Origin: a candidate division WOR-3 bacterium
Lineage (GTDB): Bacteria > Hydrothermota > Hydrothermia > JBDRYB01
Length of the DNA stretch: 34,713 nucleotides
NCBI GenBank assembly: GCA_049969615.1
Contig: JBMFOM010000009.1
Span: forward strand, 1-34,713
Direction: 5' to 3'
Shown here: in pieces, positions 1 to 8,471 of the stretch
Position numbering within the stretch: the stretch's first letter is position 1
How the letters are laid out: each line of letters opens with the position of its first letter
The notes under the pieces: model-generated
Told to the model about the DNA's origin: nothing
The model's input: the letters and a program-made list of their open reading frames with translations, nothing else
Databases searched by the model: none
Translations under genes and position numbers: made by a program

Positions 1-77
1 ATCCTGGGGCATCCAGGCTTTGGCGTTCTGGTGAACTCCTGAGTCTCCCCAGGATAAATCCTGGGGCATCCAGGCTT
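1..77. repeat. REP-like palindromic tandem repeat (period 57 bp), cut by the window edge
   Basis: ATCCTGGGGCATCCAGGCTT occurs at 1-20 and 58-77. The perfect hairpin CCCCAGGAT-AA-ATCCTGGGG lies at 47-66, just downstream of the kinase stop codon. Confidence 0.6.
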
Positions 78-95
78 GGAGCTGGCAACCTAAAA

Positions 96-1352
96 CTATT
101 TCTTCTTCTCCTCCACCCTCGCGTATATCGCGGCTATTGCCCGGAACAGCACTGGTTCCCTGAGCACGGGTTGGCCGCTCCTGTATATTTGAAGCTCAAA
201 TTCTCCGATGGAGTTCTCGTCTGGTGCCTTGACCTGCCACAAGGCCTTTTGGGTCTCCTCACGGCCAAGGGAGATGTCGCGGAAAGGCCCGTCTATGACA
301 GTGAATTCCTTTGAGCGGGACCTCATGACGCACTGGAACTCGCCGTGGCCGGAGAGGGTTATCTCAACAGGGAACACCGCGCCCGGAGAAACCACGAGGG
401 GATACCTCATCGCCTTCATCTCCAGTATGGCGTCATCCCTTATCTCCAGACAGAGGGTCATCCTCGCCCTCCTGACCAATGGAAGGTCCATGTCGCAGAC
501 AAGGGCTTTTGATAAATAGAAGACCTCCTCGCCGCTCTCCTCAAATTCGGAGAGGAACTCGTCCGCAGAGCCGTAGCGTTGCTTTGGGTCCGTGGCCATG
601 GCCTTCTCGGCTATCTTGGCGAGCTCTTCTGGGACGCCGGGCGCAAGCTCCCTTATGGGGGTGAACTTGCCCAGGAATTTCATGGAATAGACGGTCTTTA
701 TGTCGCCCTTGAAAGGCGGCTCGCCCGTGAGCATCTCGTACATGACTGCTCCAAGGGCGTATATGTCAGATGTGGCATCTATGGCTTTCGGGTTCCTTAT
801 GTGCTCTGGCGAGAGATAAGCGGGACTTGGTAGCAATTGCGTTATTTTCAGCTTCTGAACGGCCTCCCTCGCGAGCTCGCCTATGCCGAAATCCGCCAGG
901 ACAGCGACGCCGTCCTCCTTGAACATGATGTTCTGGGGCTTGATGTCCTTATGGAGGATCCTGTTGGAGTGCGCGAACTTGAGCGCCTGGAGGATCTGAT
1001 ATGTGACCCTAACCGTATCCTCAGGGGTGAGTTTTCCGGCCTCAGTTAGCATCTGCTTCAGGCTGTAGGGATAGAAATCCATCACATAGTATATCCAGCG
1101 GCCGTCCTTGTCCAGGTCAAGAACCCAGGCCACATTTGGATGGGCCTCAAGCGCGGCGACTGCCTCCACCTCAGACACAAACCTGCGCAGGAGGCCGCGA
1201 TCCGCGGCAATATGCGGAAAAAGAACCTTTATGACGACATTCTTAGAGAGTGCCTTATGATATGCGAGATAAACCTCGGTTATGGTTCCCTTGCCAATAG
1301 GTTTCTTTATCTCGTATTTGCCAGAAAGAACACAGCCGGGTTCAATTGGCAA
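96..1352 (-). CDS. Hanks-type Ser/Thr protein kinase (non-RD, cytoplasmic) with a C-terminal beta-rich domain
   Basis: Motifs IGKG, VVIK, HKDIKPQN, DFG, YLSPE and DIYALG. No TM segment. TTG start. Confidence 0.93.
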   Translation of the reverse strand: MPIEPGCVLSGKYEIKKPIGKGTITEVYLAYHKALSKNVVIKVLFPHIAADRGLLRRFVSEVEAVAALEAHPNVAWVLDLDKDGRWIYYVMDFYPYSLKQMLTEAGKLTPEDTVRVTYQILQALKFAHSNRILHKDIKPQNIMFKEDGVAVLADFGIGELAREAVQKLKITQLLPSPAYLSPEHIRNPKAIDATSDIYALGAVMYEMLTGEPPFKGDIKTVYSMKFLGKFTPIRELAPGVPEELAKIAEKAMATDPKQRYGSADEFLSEFEESGEEVFYLSKALVCDMDLPLVRRARMTLCLEIRDDAILEMKAMRYPLVVSPGAVFPVEITLSGHGEFQCVMRSRSKEFTVIDGPFRDISLGREETQKALWQVKAPDENSIGEFELQIYRSGQPVLREPVLFRAIAAIYARVEEKKK

Positions 1353-1358
1353 CTTGTC

Positions 1359-2483
1359 TTACCTCCCCAAAATGAGCCAGAGGCCAATGGCCAGGATGGC
1401 TAGGACGAGAGCGATTATCAGGATGAGGATCATGATGCCGACCCAGGGTTTCCTGCCCTCAGGGGGGACGCTCCACTCCTCCTCGTATTCGGCGTCAGCC
1501 ACGGGGACGAACTGGGTTATTGTGAGGTCCATGTCCTCCTGCGGCTCGTATGTCTCCGGCTCAGGCTCAAATCCCAGCTCATCCTCCTTTTCGGTCGCGG
1601 ATTCGGGCTTTTTGAGTATGGGGACCTGAACTGGTGCTTCCACCTCAATCCAGCTCGGAGGATTGACTATGCCCAGGGAAGAGAGAACACGGAAGAGGTC
1701 ATAGGCGCTCTGGTAGCGGTCAGAAGGCAGTTTGGAAAGGCACTTGAGCACAACCTTCTCAAGGCTTCCAGGTATGCTTATCCCGAACGATGAGGGCAGC
1801 GGCGGTGGATCCTTGATTATTTTGAGCTGAAGGTTCAGTATGCTCTCGTCTTTGAACGGAACCCTACCAGTGAGCATCTCGTAGAGGACAACACCAACTG
1901 AGTAAATGTCAGAGCGAACATCGGCCCTTCCCCTCAGTTGTTCTGGCGACATGTAGTCCGGTGTGCCTGGCGTCACGGTAGCCTTTTGCTGGCGAACCGC
2001 CTCGCCCAGAACCGCTATGCCGAAATCAAACAGATATGCCTTTCCGTCGTCAGTGCAAAGAAGGTTGGATGGTTTTACATCACGGTGTATGACCCCTTTG
2101 TTGTGAGCGTATGCGAGCGCGGAAAGCAGTTGATATGCGTATAGGAGCGTTTCCGGCGGGGAGAGCCGGCCTCTCTCCCTGAGGATCTTGTCAAGGGTTA
2201 CCCCTGGTATGAACTGCATGACAATGAAAAGAAGCCCGTTCTCGTTTCCGAAGTCAAATATCTTTACTATGTTGGGATGATCTAGCTGGGCTGAGGTCTC
2301 GGCCTCCCGGAGGAACAGTTTCACGAAGGCCGGGTCATCGGAGAACTGCTTGGGCAAAACCTTTATGGCAACGGGCTTTCTAAGGAACGCGTGTTCCGCC
2401 CTATAGACAACGGCCATGCCTCCGCTTGAGAGCCTCTCAAGAACCCTGTATTTTCCAGCGAATATTCTCTCGGTCTCCTTCAT
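1359..2483 (-). CDS. Hanks-type Ser/Thr protein kinase (PknB-like catalytic domain) with a C-terminal TM anchor
   Basis: SGGMAVVY, VAIK, HRDVKPSN, DFG and GTPDYMSPE, then an acidic linker and a hydrophobic C-terminal helix (VGIMILILIIALVLAILAIGLWLIL). Confidence 0.95.
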   Translation of the reverse strand: MKETERIFAGKYRVLERLSSGGMAVVYRAEHAFLRKPVAIKVLPKQFSDDPAFVKLFLREAETSAQLDHPNIVKIFDFGNENGLLFIVMQFIPGVTLDKILRERGRLSPPETLLYAYQLLSALAYAHNKGVIHRDVKPSNLLCTDDGKAYLFDFGIAVLGEAVRQQKATVTPGTPDYMSPEQLRGRADVRSDIYSVGVVLYEMLTGRVPFKDESILNLQLKIIKDPPPLPSSFGISIPGSLEKVVLKCLSKLPSDRYQSAYDLFRVLSSLGIVNPPSWIEVEAPVQVPILKKPESATEKEDELGFEPEPETYEPQEDMDLTITQFVPVADAEYEEEWSVPPEGRKPWVGIMILILIIALVLAILAIGLWLILGR

Positions 2484-3259
2484 TTCACGAATATCCTGTC
2501 AAGCGAATAGACCAGCCTTGTGATGAAATTGCCTCCGGGGTCATCAACGCTGACTATCACGCCGGTTATGTTGTCGTCGCCCCCGCGTTCGTTTGCCAAC
2601 CTGATGAACTCCTCCATGGCCGCCCGTGGAGAGTTTTCCGAGAGGATTTTCCTGATCTCATCGTCGGTGAAGGAGCTGTAAAGCCCGTCGGTAACCAGGA
2701 GGAATATGTCGCCCCTCTTTACCCATCCGGTGTAAAAGCTAGGCTTTGGGTTTGGTCTGGAGCCGAGAGCCTTGGTCAGGATGTTCCGGGACTTATGGGT
2801 CCTGGCCTGTTCCTGAGTCAAATAGCCCTGCTTTACAAATATCTGGGCCTGGGTGTCGTCCGCGGTCAGCTGTCTGAGGGTGTGGCCCCTGAGCAGATAG
2901 ACCCTGGTGTCGCCAACATGAACTATATAATATCTGCCGCCCTTGAGGAGCAGGACTGTGAGGGTGGTCATCGCGCCCTGGGTCGCTGGCTTTGAGTGAG
3001 ACAGCTTATAGACATATAAGGCCGCTGTTCTGTATGCTCTGAGGAGGGTTCTTTCCACCGAAGAATTGGCCACGGATTGTTCCCTTATGAACCTGGAGAC
3101 TATCTCTATCGCGCCGCGGCTGGCCGCGTCTCCGGCCTTTCTCCCTCCGAGGCCATCAGCCACCACAAAGAGACCCAGGTTCGTATCAACGAGAAACGCG
3201 TCCTCGTTTTTGTTTCTCACCTTGCCAATATCGGATGAGCCAAAGGCCTTGCCCTTCAT
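2480..3259 (-). CDS. PP2C/PPM-family Ser/Thr phosphatase (Stp1/PrpC-like)
   Basis: RNKNED, VADGLGG, VGDTR, TDGL and GGDDNIT motifs. ATGA overlaps with both neighbours. Confidence 0.95.
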   Translation of the reverse strand: MKGKAFGSSDIGKVRNKNEDAFLVDTNLGLFVVADGLGGRKAGDAASRGAIEIVSRFIREQSVANSSVERTLLRAYRTAALYVYKLSHSKPATQGAMTTLTVLLLKGGRYYIVHVGDTRVYLLRGHTLRQLTADDTQAQIFVKQGYLTQEQARTHKSRNILTKALGSRPNPKPSFYTGWVKRGDIFLLVTDGLYSSFTDDEIRKILSENSPRAAMEEFIRLANERGGDDNITGVIVSVDDPGGNFITRLVYSLDRIFVK

Positions 3260-4833
3260 TTCACCCTCTTTCTCGCGAGGGGATTTGTCGGTTCAATCCT
3301 CGCTATGCGTTGCCAGAGCTCAGTGGCCTCATCCGAGCGGCCCTCTTTTTCTGCCTTAAGGGCCGCCAGCTCCATCTCCGCTAATGACTTGTAGTACAGA
3401 GCGGCCGGATCATCCGGATTTGATGAGAGTATTTTTTGTGCAATATCAAGCGTAGCCTGGGGATCAGCGTCACGGTAGTGTTTCTTGCGGATCTGTTCAA
3501 GGAGTACAGCTTCGCCCGAAGGGGATTTCTTGGCCGCGGAGGAGAGCGCGCTCAAGCATGAGTCCTTCATGGAAATCAGCTCCTGGTCCCACGGGAAAAC
3601 GGACAGAGCCATCTCGGCGAAGACCAGGGCCGAGGCCGGATCGCCAGCCGAAAGGGACGATCTAGCTCTTTCCTCGTATGTGAGGGAGAAGAGCCTGGCC
3701 GTCGCGTCATCCTTGATCCTGATTGCCTGCGGGTTGTCCGGAGACTCCGCGAGGGCCGCGTCTGCCTCGTGGATCGCGGCCCTATAGTCTCCGGCCTTCA
3801 GGTTATCCTCCGCGCTCAAGATATGTGTCCAGAGCCTCTGGTTCAGGGACGCTATTCTGAGGCCCTCCGCGATCTCCGGATCGTTCGGCGCCCTCTTTGA
3901 GGCTTCTTCAAGAAGCGAGGCCGACCTGGCATAAAGCCTGGCCTTGTCCTGTGGTTTCTGGGCCGCCTCGGCCTGAACTATGAGGAAGTGGGCCTTTTCC
4001 TTGTTTGTTCTGACCGAGTTGCCCGAGATGACAATCCAGGATACAACTGCCACGACGATCAGCAGGAGGGCACCTCCAACAACAGCCCACGCCCAGGGAC
4101 TCATCTTGATTTTTTTGGGTTTTCCCTCGTCCTCGGGAAACCCCTGGGTCTCGTAGATGAACAGTAGCTCGGTCTTGCCAACCCTGAGAACATCGCCGTG
4201 GGCCAAGGTTTTCTTTGGCATCACCCTGCCGTTTATCAATATGGGATTCTTTCCGCCGATGTCCTCAGCGATCACGGAGCCGTCTTCCCCCAAGTAGAAC
4301 TTTATGTGGTGCCTGGATACGAACTTGTCCGGCACGGAAAAATCCGCGGAGGGATCCCTTCCCAACACAGCGGTTCCGAGTATCTCAAAAGTCTTTCCCT
4401 GAGCTGGCCCGCCGGTTACCTGGAGGCGTGGAATTATCTCCGGTGGCAGTTCAAGGAACTCGGTGGGCGTTGTGTCAACATCAGGCTGAATGTCTTGTTT
4501 GATCGCCGACGTTTCTTCGGCGGGTTTTGTTTCCGGTTCCGGGACAGCATCCGTTGCCTCTGTTTCAAGCCTGATAATATAGCTCCCAACCTCTATGTCA
4601 TCTGAGGGTGAAATTATTCTGGGAAGGAGAACTCGCTGGTCGCCCATATAGACCCTTGCGTTCTCAGCTGGTTGAATCAAGAACCTGTCCCCGCGCCTCC
4701 TTATGATCGCTTCAAGGGGTTGTAGCCCCGGAAGGGACAACTCAACATCGTTACCCGTTCCTATGCGGATGAAATCACCGTTGAGCTCGTGTTCCTTAAC
4801 GGTTCCATCAGGTGAGGTAACGACCAGTCGCAT
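3256..4833 (-). CDS. FHA-domain membrane protein (degenerate FHA + FHA + TM + TPR-like repeats)
   Basis: The second FHA has LGRD...VSRHH...KNPILING...GDVLRVG. The N-terminal region is FHA-like but lacks the GR/SxxH residues. One TM helix (WAWAVVGGALLLIVVAVVSWIVI) precedes Ala-rich helical repeats ending in PxN/PxD. Confidence 0.85.
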   Translation of the reverse strand: MRLVVTSPDGTVKEHELNGDFIRIGTGNDVELSLPGLQPLEAIIRRRGDRFLIQPAENARVYMGDQRVLLPRIISPSDDIEVGSYIIRLETEATDAVPEPETKPAEETSAIKQDIQPDVDTTPTEFLELPPEIIPRLQVTGGPAQGKTFEILGTAVLGRDPSADFSVPDKFVSRHHIKFYLGEDGSVIAEDIGGKNPILINGRVMPKKTLAHGDVLRVGKTELLFIYETQGFPEDEGKPKKIKMSPWAWAVVGGALLLIVVAVVSWIVISGNSVRTNKEKAHFLIVQAEAAQKPQDKARLYARSASLLEEASKRAPNDPEIAEGLRIASLNQRLWTHILSAEDNLKAGDYRAAIHEADAALAESPDNPQAIRIKDDATARLFSLTYEERARSSLSAGDPASALVFAEMALSVFPWDQELISMKDSCLSALSSAAKKSPSGEAVLLEQIRKKHYRDADPQATLDIAQKILSSNPDDPAALYYKSLAEMELAALKAEKEGRSDEATELWQRIARIEPTNPLARKRVK

Positions 4834-4952
4834 CAGAAGTCCTCATCAGGGCCGGTGAGCCTCGTGTTGAAACGATACCGGCGAAACTCACACGGCCAGG
4901 AAAAGGCTTTCCTGGGTTCCGTGTGTATCTGTGCCTTTTTCAGGAGGTTCAT
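4833..4952 (-). CDS. Possible 39-aa small ORF spanning the intergenic gap (MNLLKKAQIHTEPRKAFSWPCEFRRYRFNTRLTGPDEDF)
   Basis: Its ATG (4952-4950) directly follows the TGA of the upstream gene, and its TGA (4835-4833) overlaps the next ATG as TGATG. No homology recognised. Confidence 0.3.
   Translation of the reverse strand: MNLLKKAQIHTEPRKAFSWPCEFRRYRFNTRLTGPDEDF
4889..4925. other. Strong RNA hairpin between the GTPase/two-component and kinase modules
   Basis: CACACGG-CCAGGAAA-aggc-TTTCCTGG-gtt-CCGTGTG forms a 15-bp stem with a 3-nt bulge and no clear U-tract. Confidence 0.55.
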
Positions 4953-5342
4953 TCAGGCAGACTGCCACTGGGTGAGGGCCTCGGAAAGGAGACGGTTGTA
5001 TTTCTTCAGGTATGCGAACAGAAGCCCAAGAGTCCCCTTTTCCTTATTGAGGACCACATGCAGATAGAATGGGGTGCCGTTTATCGGCGCGGTGAAAAAG
5101 TAAAACCTGGGCGTGATCCCCAGTATCTCAGCGTCGGATTCCGGCTCCCCCAAAGCGGCGATGGCCCTTTCCTGTGCCCTCATCAGTTCAACCGAATAGG
5201 CGGATGTTATGGCTATGTCGTAGTCGGGATCCAGCCTTGCCTCAGCGACGGTTAGCCCCTCTTCCCTCTCAACCAAGGCGGAGGCCACGAAACCCGGCAT
5301 TTCATTCTTCATGGCTTCAAGAAGCTCTTTTACCTTTTCCAT
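4953..5342 (-). CDS. Roadblock/LC7 (MglB-like, profilin-like fold) protein
   Basis: 129 aa with the pattern MPGFVASALVEREEGLTVA...LHVVLNKEKGTLGLL typical of Roadblock-fold proteins. In an operon with mglA. Confidence 0.7.
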   Translation of the reverse strand: MEKVKELLEAMKNEMPGFVASALVEREEGLTVAEARLDPDYDIAITSAYSVELMRAQERAIAALGEPESDAEILGITPRFYFFTAPINGTPFYLHVVLNKEKGTLGLLFAYLKKYNRLLSEALTQWQSA

Positions 5343-5345
5343 ACA

Positions 5346-6455
5346 TTAAACCTCCAGGAGCAGTTTTTCCATCTTGACGACAGATTTGACGAGTTCCACC
5401 CTGAGAAGCCCAGGGTTAACCCTAGAATCAGCCACCAGGGCCACGGTGAATTGCCCTCCCTTGAGCTGGCGCATGACGAAATTTGCCTTCTGGCTCGTGA
5501 AGAGCGCCTCCGATAGGTCACCCTTTCCGATTGAGTCCGAGGCCTGGTTGGCAGAGTTGATGGCACCCGAAAGCAGGGAAACGGCTCCGGGGCTGATCTC
5601 GCCAACACTAACCACTAGCCTACCGTCCGAATCCCAGATACAGACGCAATCAACCCCTTCGGTCATCAATGCCTTGAGCTCGGCCTCAAGCCCAACCCTT
5701 ATCTCATTGGGTATGACCCTTATCTCTTCCTTTAGGCCAACTGCCTCGGAGAAGCTCCAGGAATCCAGGTCAAACCCCTCTGTTTCGGCCGATTCGTCCT
5801 TTGCCGCGACTACTGACAGGAGAAGGTTATCAAGCGTCTTGTTTATGGTTCTGGCTGTGGTGGTCACACCTCTCCTCAGGCTAAAACTGCCTCCCTCCAT
5901 CTCAACTATGGCGCGGAAGGCCTCCTCACCAGAAAGCTTTCCCAGCTCCGCGTGCACGACATCGCCATCGGCAAAATAAATGCTACCGGAGCCGGCAGAG
6001 CCGGAAACCGCCACTGCCGCGGTTGACCTTTCCAGGGAAAGTATCTGTAGGACATCAACCAGCTTGAGGTCGCGGACAACACCCCTGAACCCCTCCTCCC
6101 TGGCCTTGGCCACAATGCTTATGAAAGCATCAAGATCAAAGGGTTTCTCTATGTATTCAACCGCGCCGCGCTCCGCGGTCTCCCTCATCAACTCCTCCGA
6201 GCCCCTGGCTGTCATCACAACTGCCTTCAGGTTGGGATATTTGCGTTTTGCTTCAACAATAAGGTCAAGCCCGCTCATGCCGGGCATCTTTATGTCCGTT
6301 ATGAGTATGTCAACGGGCTGGGTCTGGAGGGTTGATAGGGCGTTCTCGCCCGAAAGGGCCGTGAGCACATCGTATCCGGCTTTGATCAGGGTTCTGGAAA
6401 GACCCCAGATTATGTCCTCTTCGTCATCAACGAGCAAGACTTTAGGTGCGGCCAT
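5346..6455 (-). CDS. Response regulator: receiver + DUF4388 (PatA-N-like) + C-terminal Roadblock/LC7 domain
   Basis: Receiver motifs VDDEE, ITDIKMP, TARG and KPF. DUF4388-like FRGVVRDLKLVDVLQIL...GSIYFADGDVVHA...GEEAF. C-terminal IWDSDGRLV...VNPGLLRVEL resembles MglB. Confidence 0.85.
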   Translation of the reverse strand: MAAPKVLLVDDEEDIIWGLSRTLIKAGYDVLTALSGENALSTLQTQPVDILITDIKMPGMSGLDLIVEAKRKYPNLKAVVMTARGSEELMRETAERGAVEYIEKPFDLDAFISIVAKAREEGFRGVVRDLKLVDVLQILSLERSTAAVAVSGSAGSGSIYFADGDVVHAELGKLSGEEAFRAIVEMEGGSFSLRRGVTTTARTINKTLDNLLLSVVAAKDESAETEGFDLDSWSFSEAVGLKEEIRVIPNEIRVGLEAELKALMTEGVDCVCIWDSDGRLVVSVGEISPGAVSLLSGAINSANQASDSIGKGDLSEALFTSQKANFVMRQLKGGQFTVALVADSRVNPGLLRVELVKSVVKMEKLLLEV

Positions 6456-7785
6456 AACTACCCCCTTTGGCTGGTTTCAGATAGACTATGAATTCGGTTC
6501 CCTTCCCCGGTTCGGATTGAACCTCAACCATCCCACCATTCTCTTTTACAAGCTGGTATACCACGAACAGCCCCAGGCCGGTGCCCCCTTCCTTCGTAGT
6601 GTAAAAGGGATAAAAGACCTTCTGCTGGGCCTCGTGCGGAATCCCTGGCCCGTTATCCCTAACCTTCAGAAATATGTAAGGTTTACCCAGGTCAGGGTTG
6701 ACAATAGTGCTCTCTCCAGCCTCTATGCTTATTATGCCGCCGGTTTTCTCCATTACCTCTATTGAATTCAGTATGAGGTTCATTATTACCTGTTGTATCT
6801 GCGCTGGGTCAGCCGTGACCACAATCGCGGGGTTGATTGAAAGGTTTATTTTTATGCCGCTTCGCTCCGCGCGTCCCCGGAGGACAGCCACGACCTCCTC
6901 CACGACCGAGTGAAGGTTGAAGGGGACCGGCTGTGGCGCCTTGGGTTTCGCGTATGATAGCAATTTCTTTATCATGCTGTCAATTTTGTCTATTTGTTTC
7001 ATTATACGGGCCGCGTATTCCCTTTTCTCGGGCTCAAGCTCCTTGTAAAGCGTCTGCGCCATTATCCTCACCCCCGCGAGCGGATTTTTTACCTCATGGG
7101 CTATGGACGCGGCGATTATACCGAGAGAGGAGAGTCTGTCCACCATGGTCATCATCTGATGCATCTTCTTGATCTCGGTGATGTCCTTGAAAAGAACAGT
7201 CCAGCCCACCATGCCCGGCTCGTGCTTGAATGGTTTAGCGGACATGGTGTAGACCCTGTCGTCAACCCTGATCTCCTCGTCAGAGCCGGAGGATTTCTTC
7301 GCGGCCTCAAGTAGCCTTGGGATAGCCGATAGGTGTTGTTGGGCATAGCGATTCGCATAAAGCACGCGTCCCCGCTTGTCCAGGAGGACGACCCCTGTGT
7401 CAAGCCCCTCAAGTATCTCCTCGGCGAGATATGACTTGTGCCGTGGGACCAGGCTGGCCCTGAATCCCCTCCCGTATCCGGGAAGCTCAACGGGTATGAC
7501 CTTGAGGTGGCCGCCTATGATAACGCCCTCCCTGGTCAAGAGGGGAACCTTTATTGAAAGGATTCCGCCAGCCCTGAACGCGGCCTCAAGCGCGGAGGAT
7601 ATAGCCTGGCGGTTCTGCTCCGGAAATAGCGTGAGAAAGCTCTTTCCCCTCACTTCCGACGCCTCCCATCCGCAAACATCGGCTATCTTTCTGTTCACGA
7701 ATATAACAGTGAAATCAGGCCCTATTTCAAAAAGGGCCTCGGATGTTATATCCAGAAGGTCAACCAGTTCCTCCTTCACATTCAA
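6442..7785 (-). CDS. Cytoplasmic PAS-PAS sensor histidine kinase
   Basis: Two PAS-like segments. H-box AHEVKNPL, N-box NLILNS, DNGPGI, PFYTTK and GTGLGL. No TM. Confidence 0.93.
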   Translation of the reverse strand: MNVKEELVDLLDITSEALFEIGPDFTVIFVNRKIADVCGWEASEVRGKSFLTLFPEQNRQAISSALEAAFRAGGILSIKVPLLTREGVIIGGHLKVIPVELPGYGRGFRASLVPRHKSYLAEEILEGLDTGVVLLDKRGRVLYANRYAQQHLSAIPRLLEAAKKSSGSDEEIRVDDRVYTMSAKPFKHEPGMVGWTVLFKDITEIKKMHQMMTMVDRLSSLGIIAASIAHEVKNPLAGVRIMAQTLYKELEPEKREYAARIMKQIDKIDSMIKKLLSYAKPKAPQPVPFNLHSVVEEVVAVLRGRAERSGIKINLSINPAIVVTADPAQIQQVIMNLILNSIEVMEKTGGIISIEAGESTIVNPDLGKPYIFLKVRDNGPGIPHEAQQKVFYPFYTTKEGGTGLGLFVVYQLVKENGGMVEVQSEPGKGTEFIVYLKPAKGGSYGRT

Positions 7786-7786
7786 T

Positions 7787-8380
7787 TTACTTTACCCCCG
7801 CTTTCTCTTTTATGTCCTTTAGGACCGTTTTTGTTATGAGATCAAGGGTCTGGAACACGCCCACGCCATTGATAGCTATGGATTCAACATGCGGAACGTT
7901 CCACTTGTTCAGCTTGGCCTCCAGTTCGGAAACCGGCAGGGCGTCCGAAGCATCGCGCTTGTTATACTGCATTACCAGGGGCAAACGGTCAATGGGATTG
8001 TTGTAGTCCCTGAGCGTCTGAACCATCTCCACGAGTATCTGTAGGTTGGATTCCATTCTTGAGGCGGATGAATCCGCGACATAAACCAGGCCATCAGCGC
8101 CCCGGAGAACCAGACGCCTTGAGGCCTTGTAGAAAAACTGGCCCGGGACCGTATATAGGTGGAAGCGAACCTTGAATCCACCAGGAAGTTTTATTTCCAC
8201 AGGCAAAAAATCAAAGAACAGCGTTCGCTCACCCTTTGTGTCCACCGAAACGAGCTCACCCCTGTGGTTTGGGTTGAGCTTGTCAAAGATGTATTTCAGG
8301 TTGGTGGTTTTGCCGGAAAGGGCCGGGCCATAGTAGACTATCTTGCAGTTTATTTCCTTTTTAACGCTATCTATTAACAT
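7787..8380 (-). CDS. mglA: MglA-family small Ras-like GTPase
   Basis: KIVYYGPALSGKTTN P-loop, ERTLFFDFL switch I (intrinsic Arg finger), YTVPGQ switch II and NKRD G4. Confidence 0.93.
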   Translation of the reverse strand: MLIDSVKKEINCKIVYYGPALSGKTTNLKYIFDKLNPNHRGELVSVDTKGERTLFFDFLPVEIKLPGGFKVRFHLYTVPGQFFYKASRRLVLRGADGLVYVADSSASRMESNLQILVEMVQTLRDYNNPIDRLPLVMQYNKRDASDALPVSELEAKLNKWNVPHVESIAINGVGVFQTLDLITKTVLKDIKEKAGVK

Positions 8381-8471
8381 TTTGCCCTACCCGGGAACTC
8401 CACAGAGGATCTCTCGGAAGCCGCACGATAACAGCGAGAGGTTTTGGCTCTCGTTATATTCGGGACAATCT

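Noticed and set aside
1-77. Possible end of a CRISPR array (repeat-spacer-repeat)
   Set aside because: Only two units are visible, the unit is a strong palindrome of REP type, and there are no cas genes in the window. It cannot be fully excluded without the upstream flank.
4889-4955. SECIS-directed selenocysteine read-through of the Roadblock UGA
   Set aside because: The hairpin starts about 27 nt after the UGA, the UGA is at the natural end of the domain, and there is no redox-motif context.
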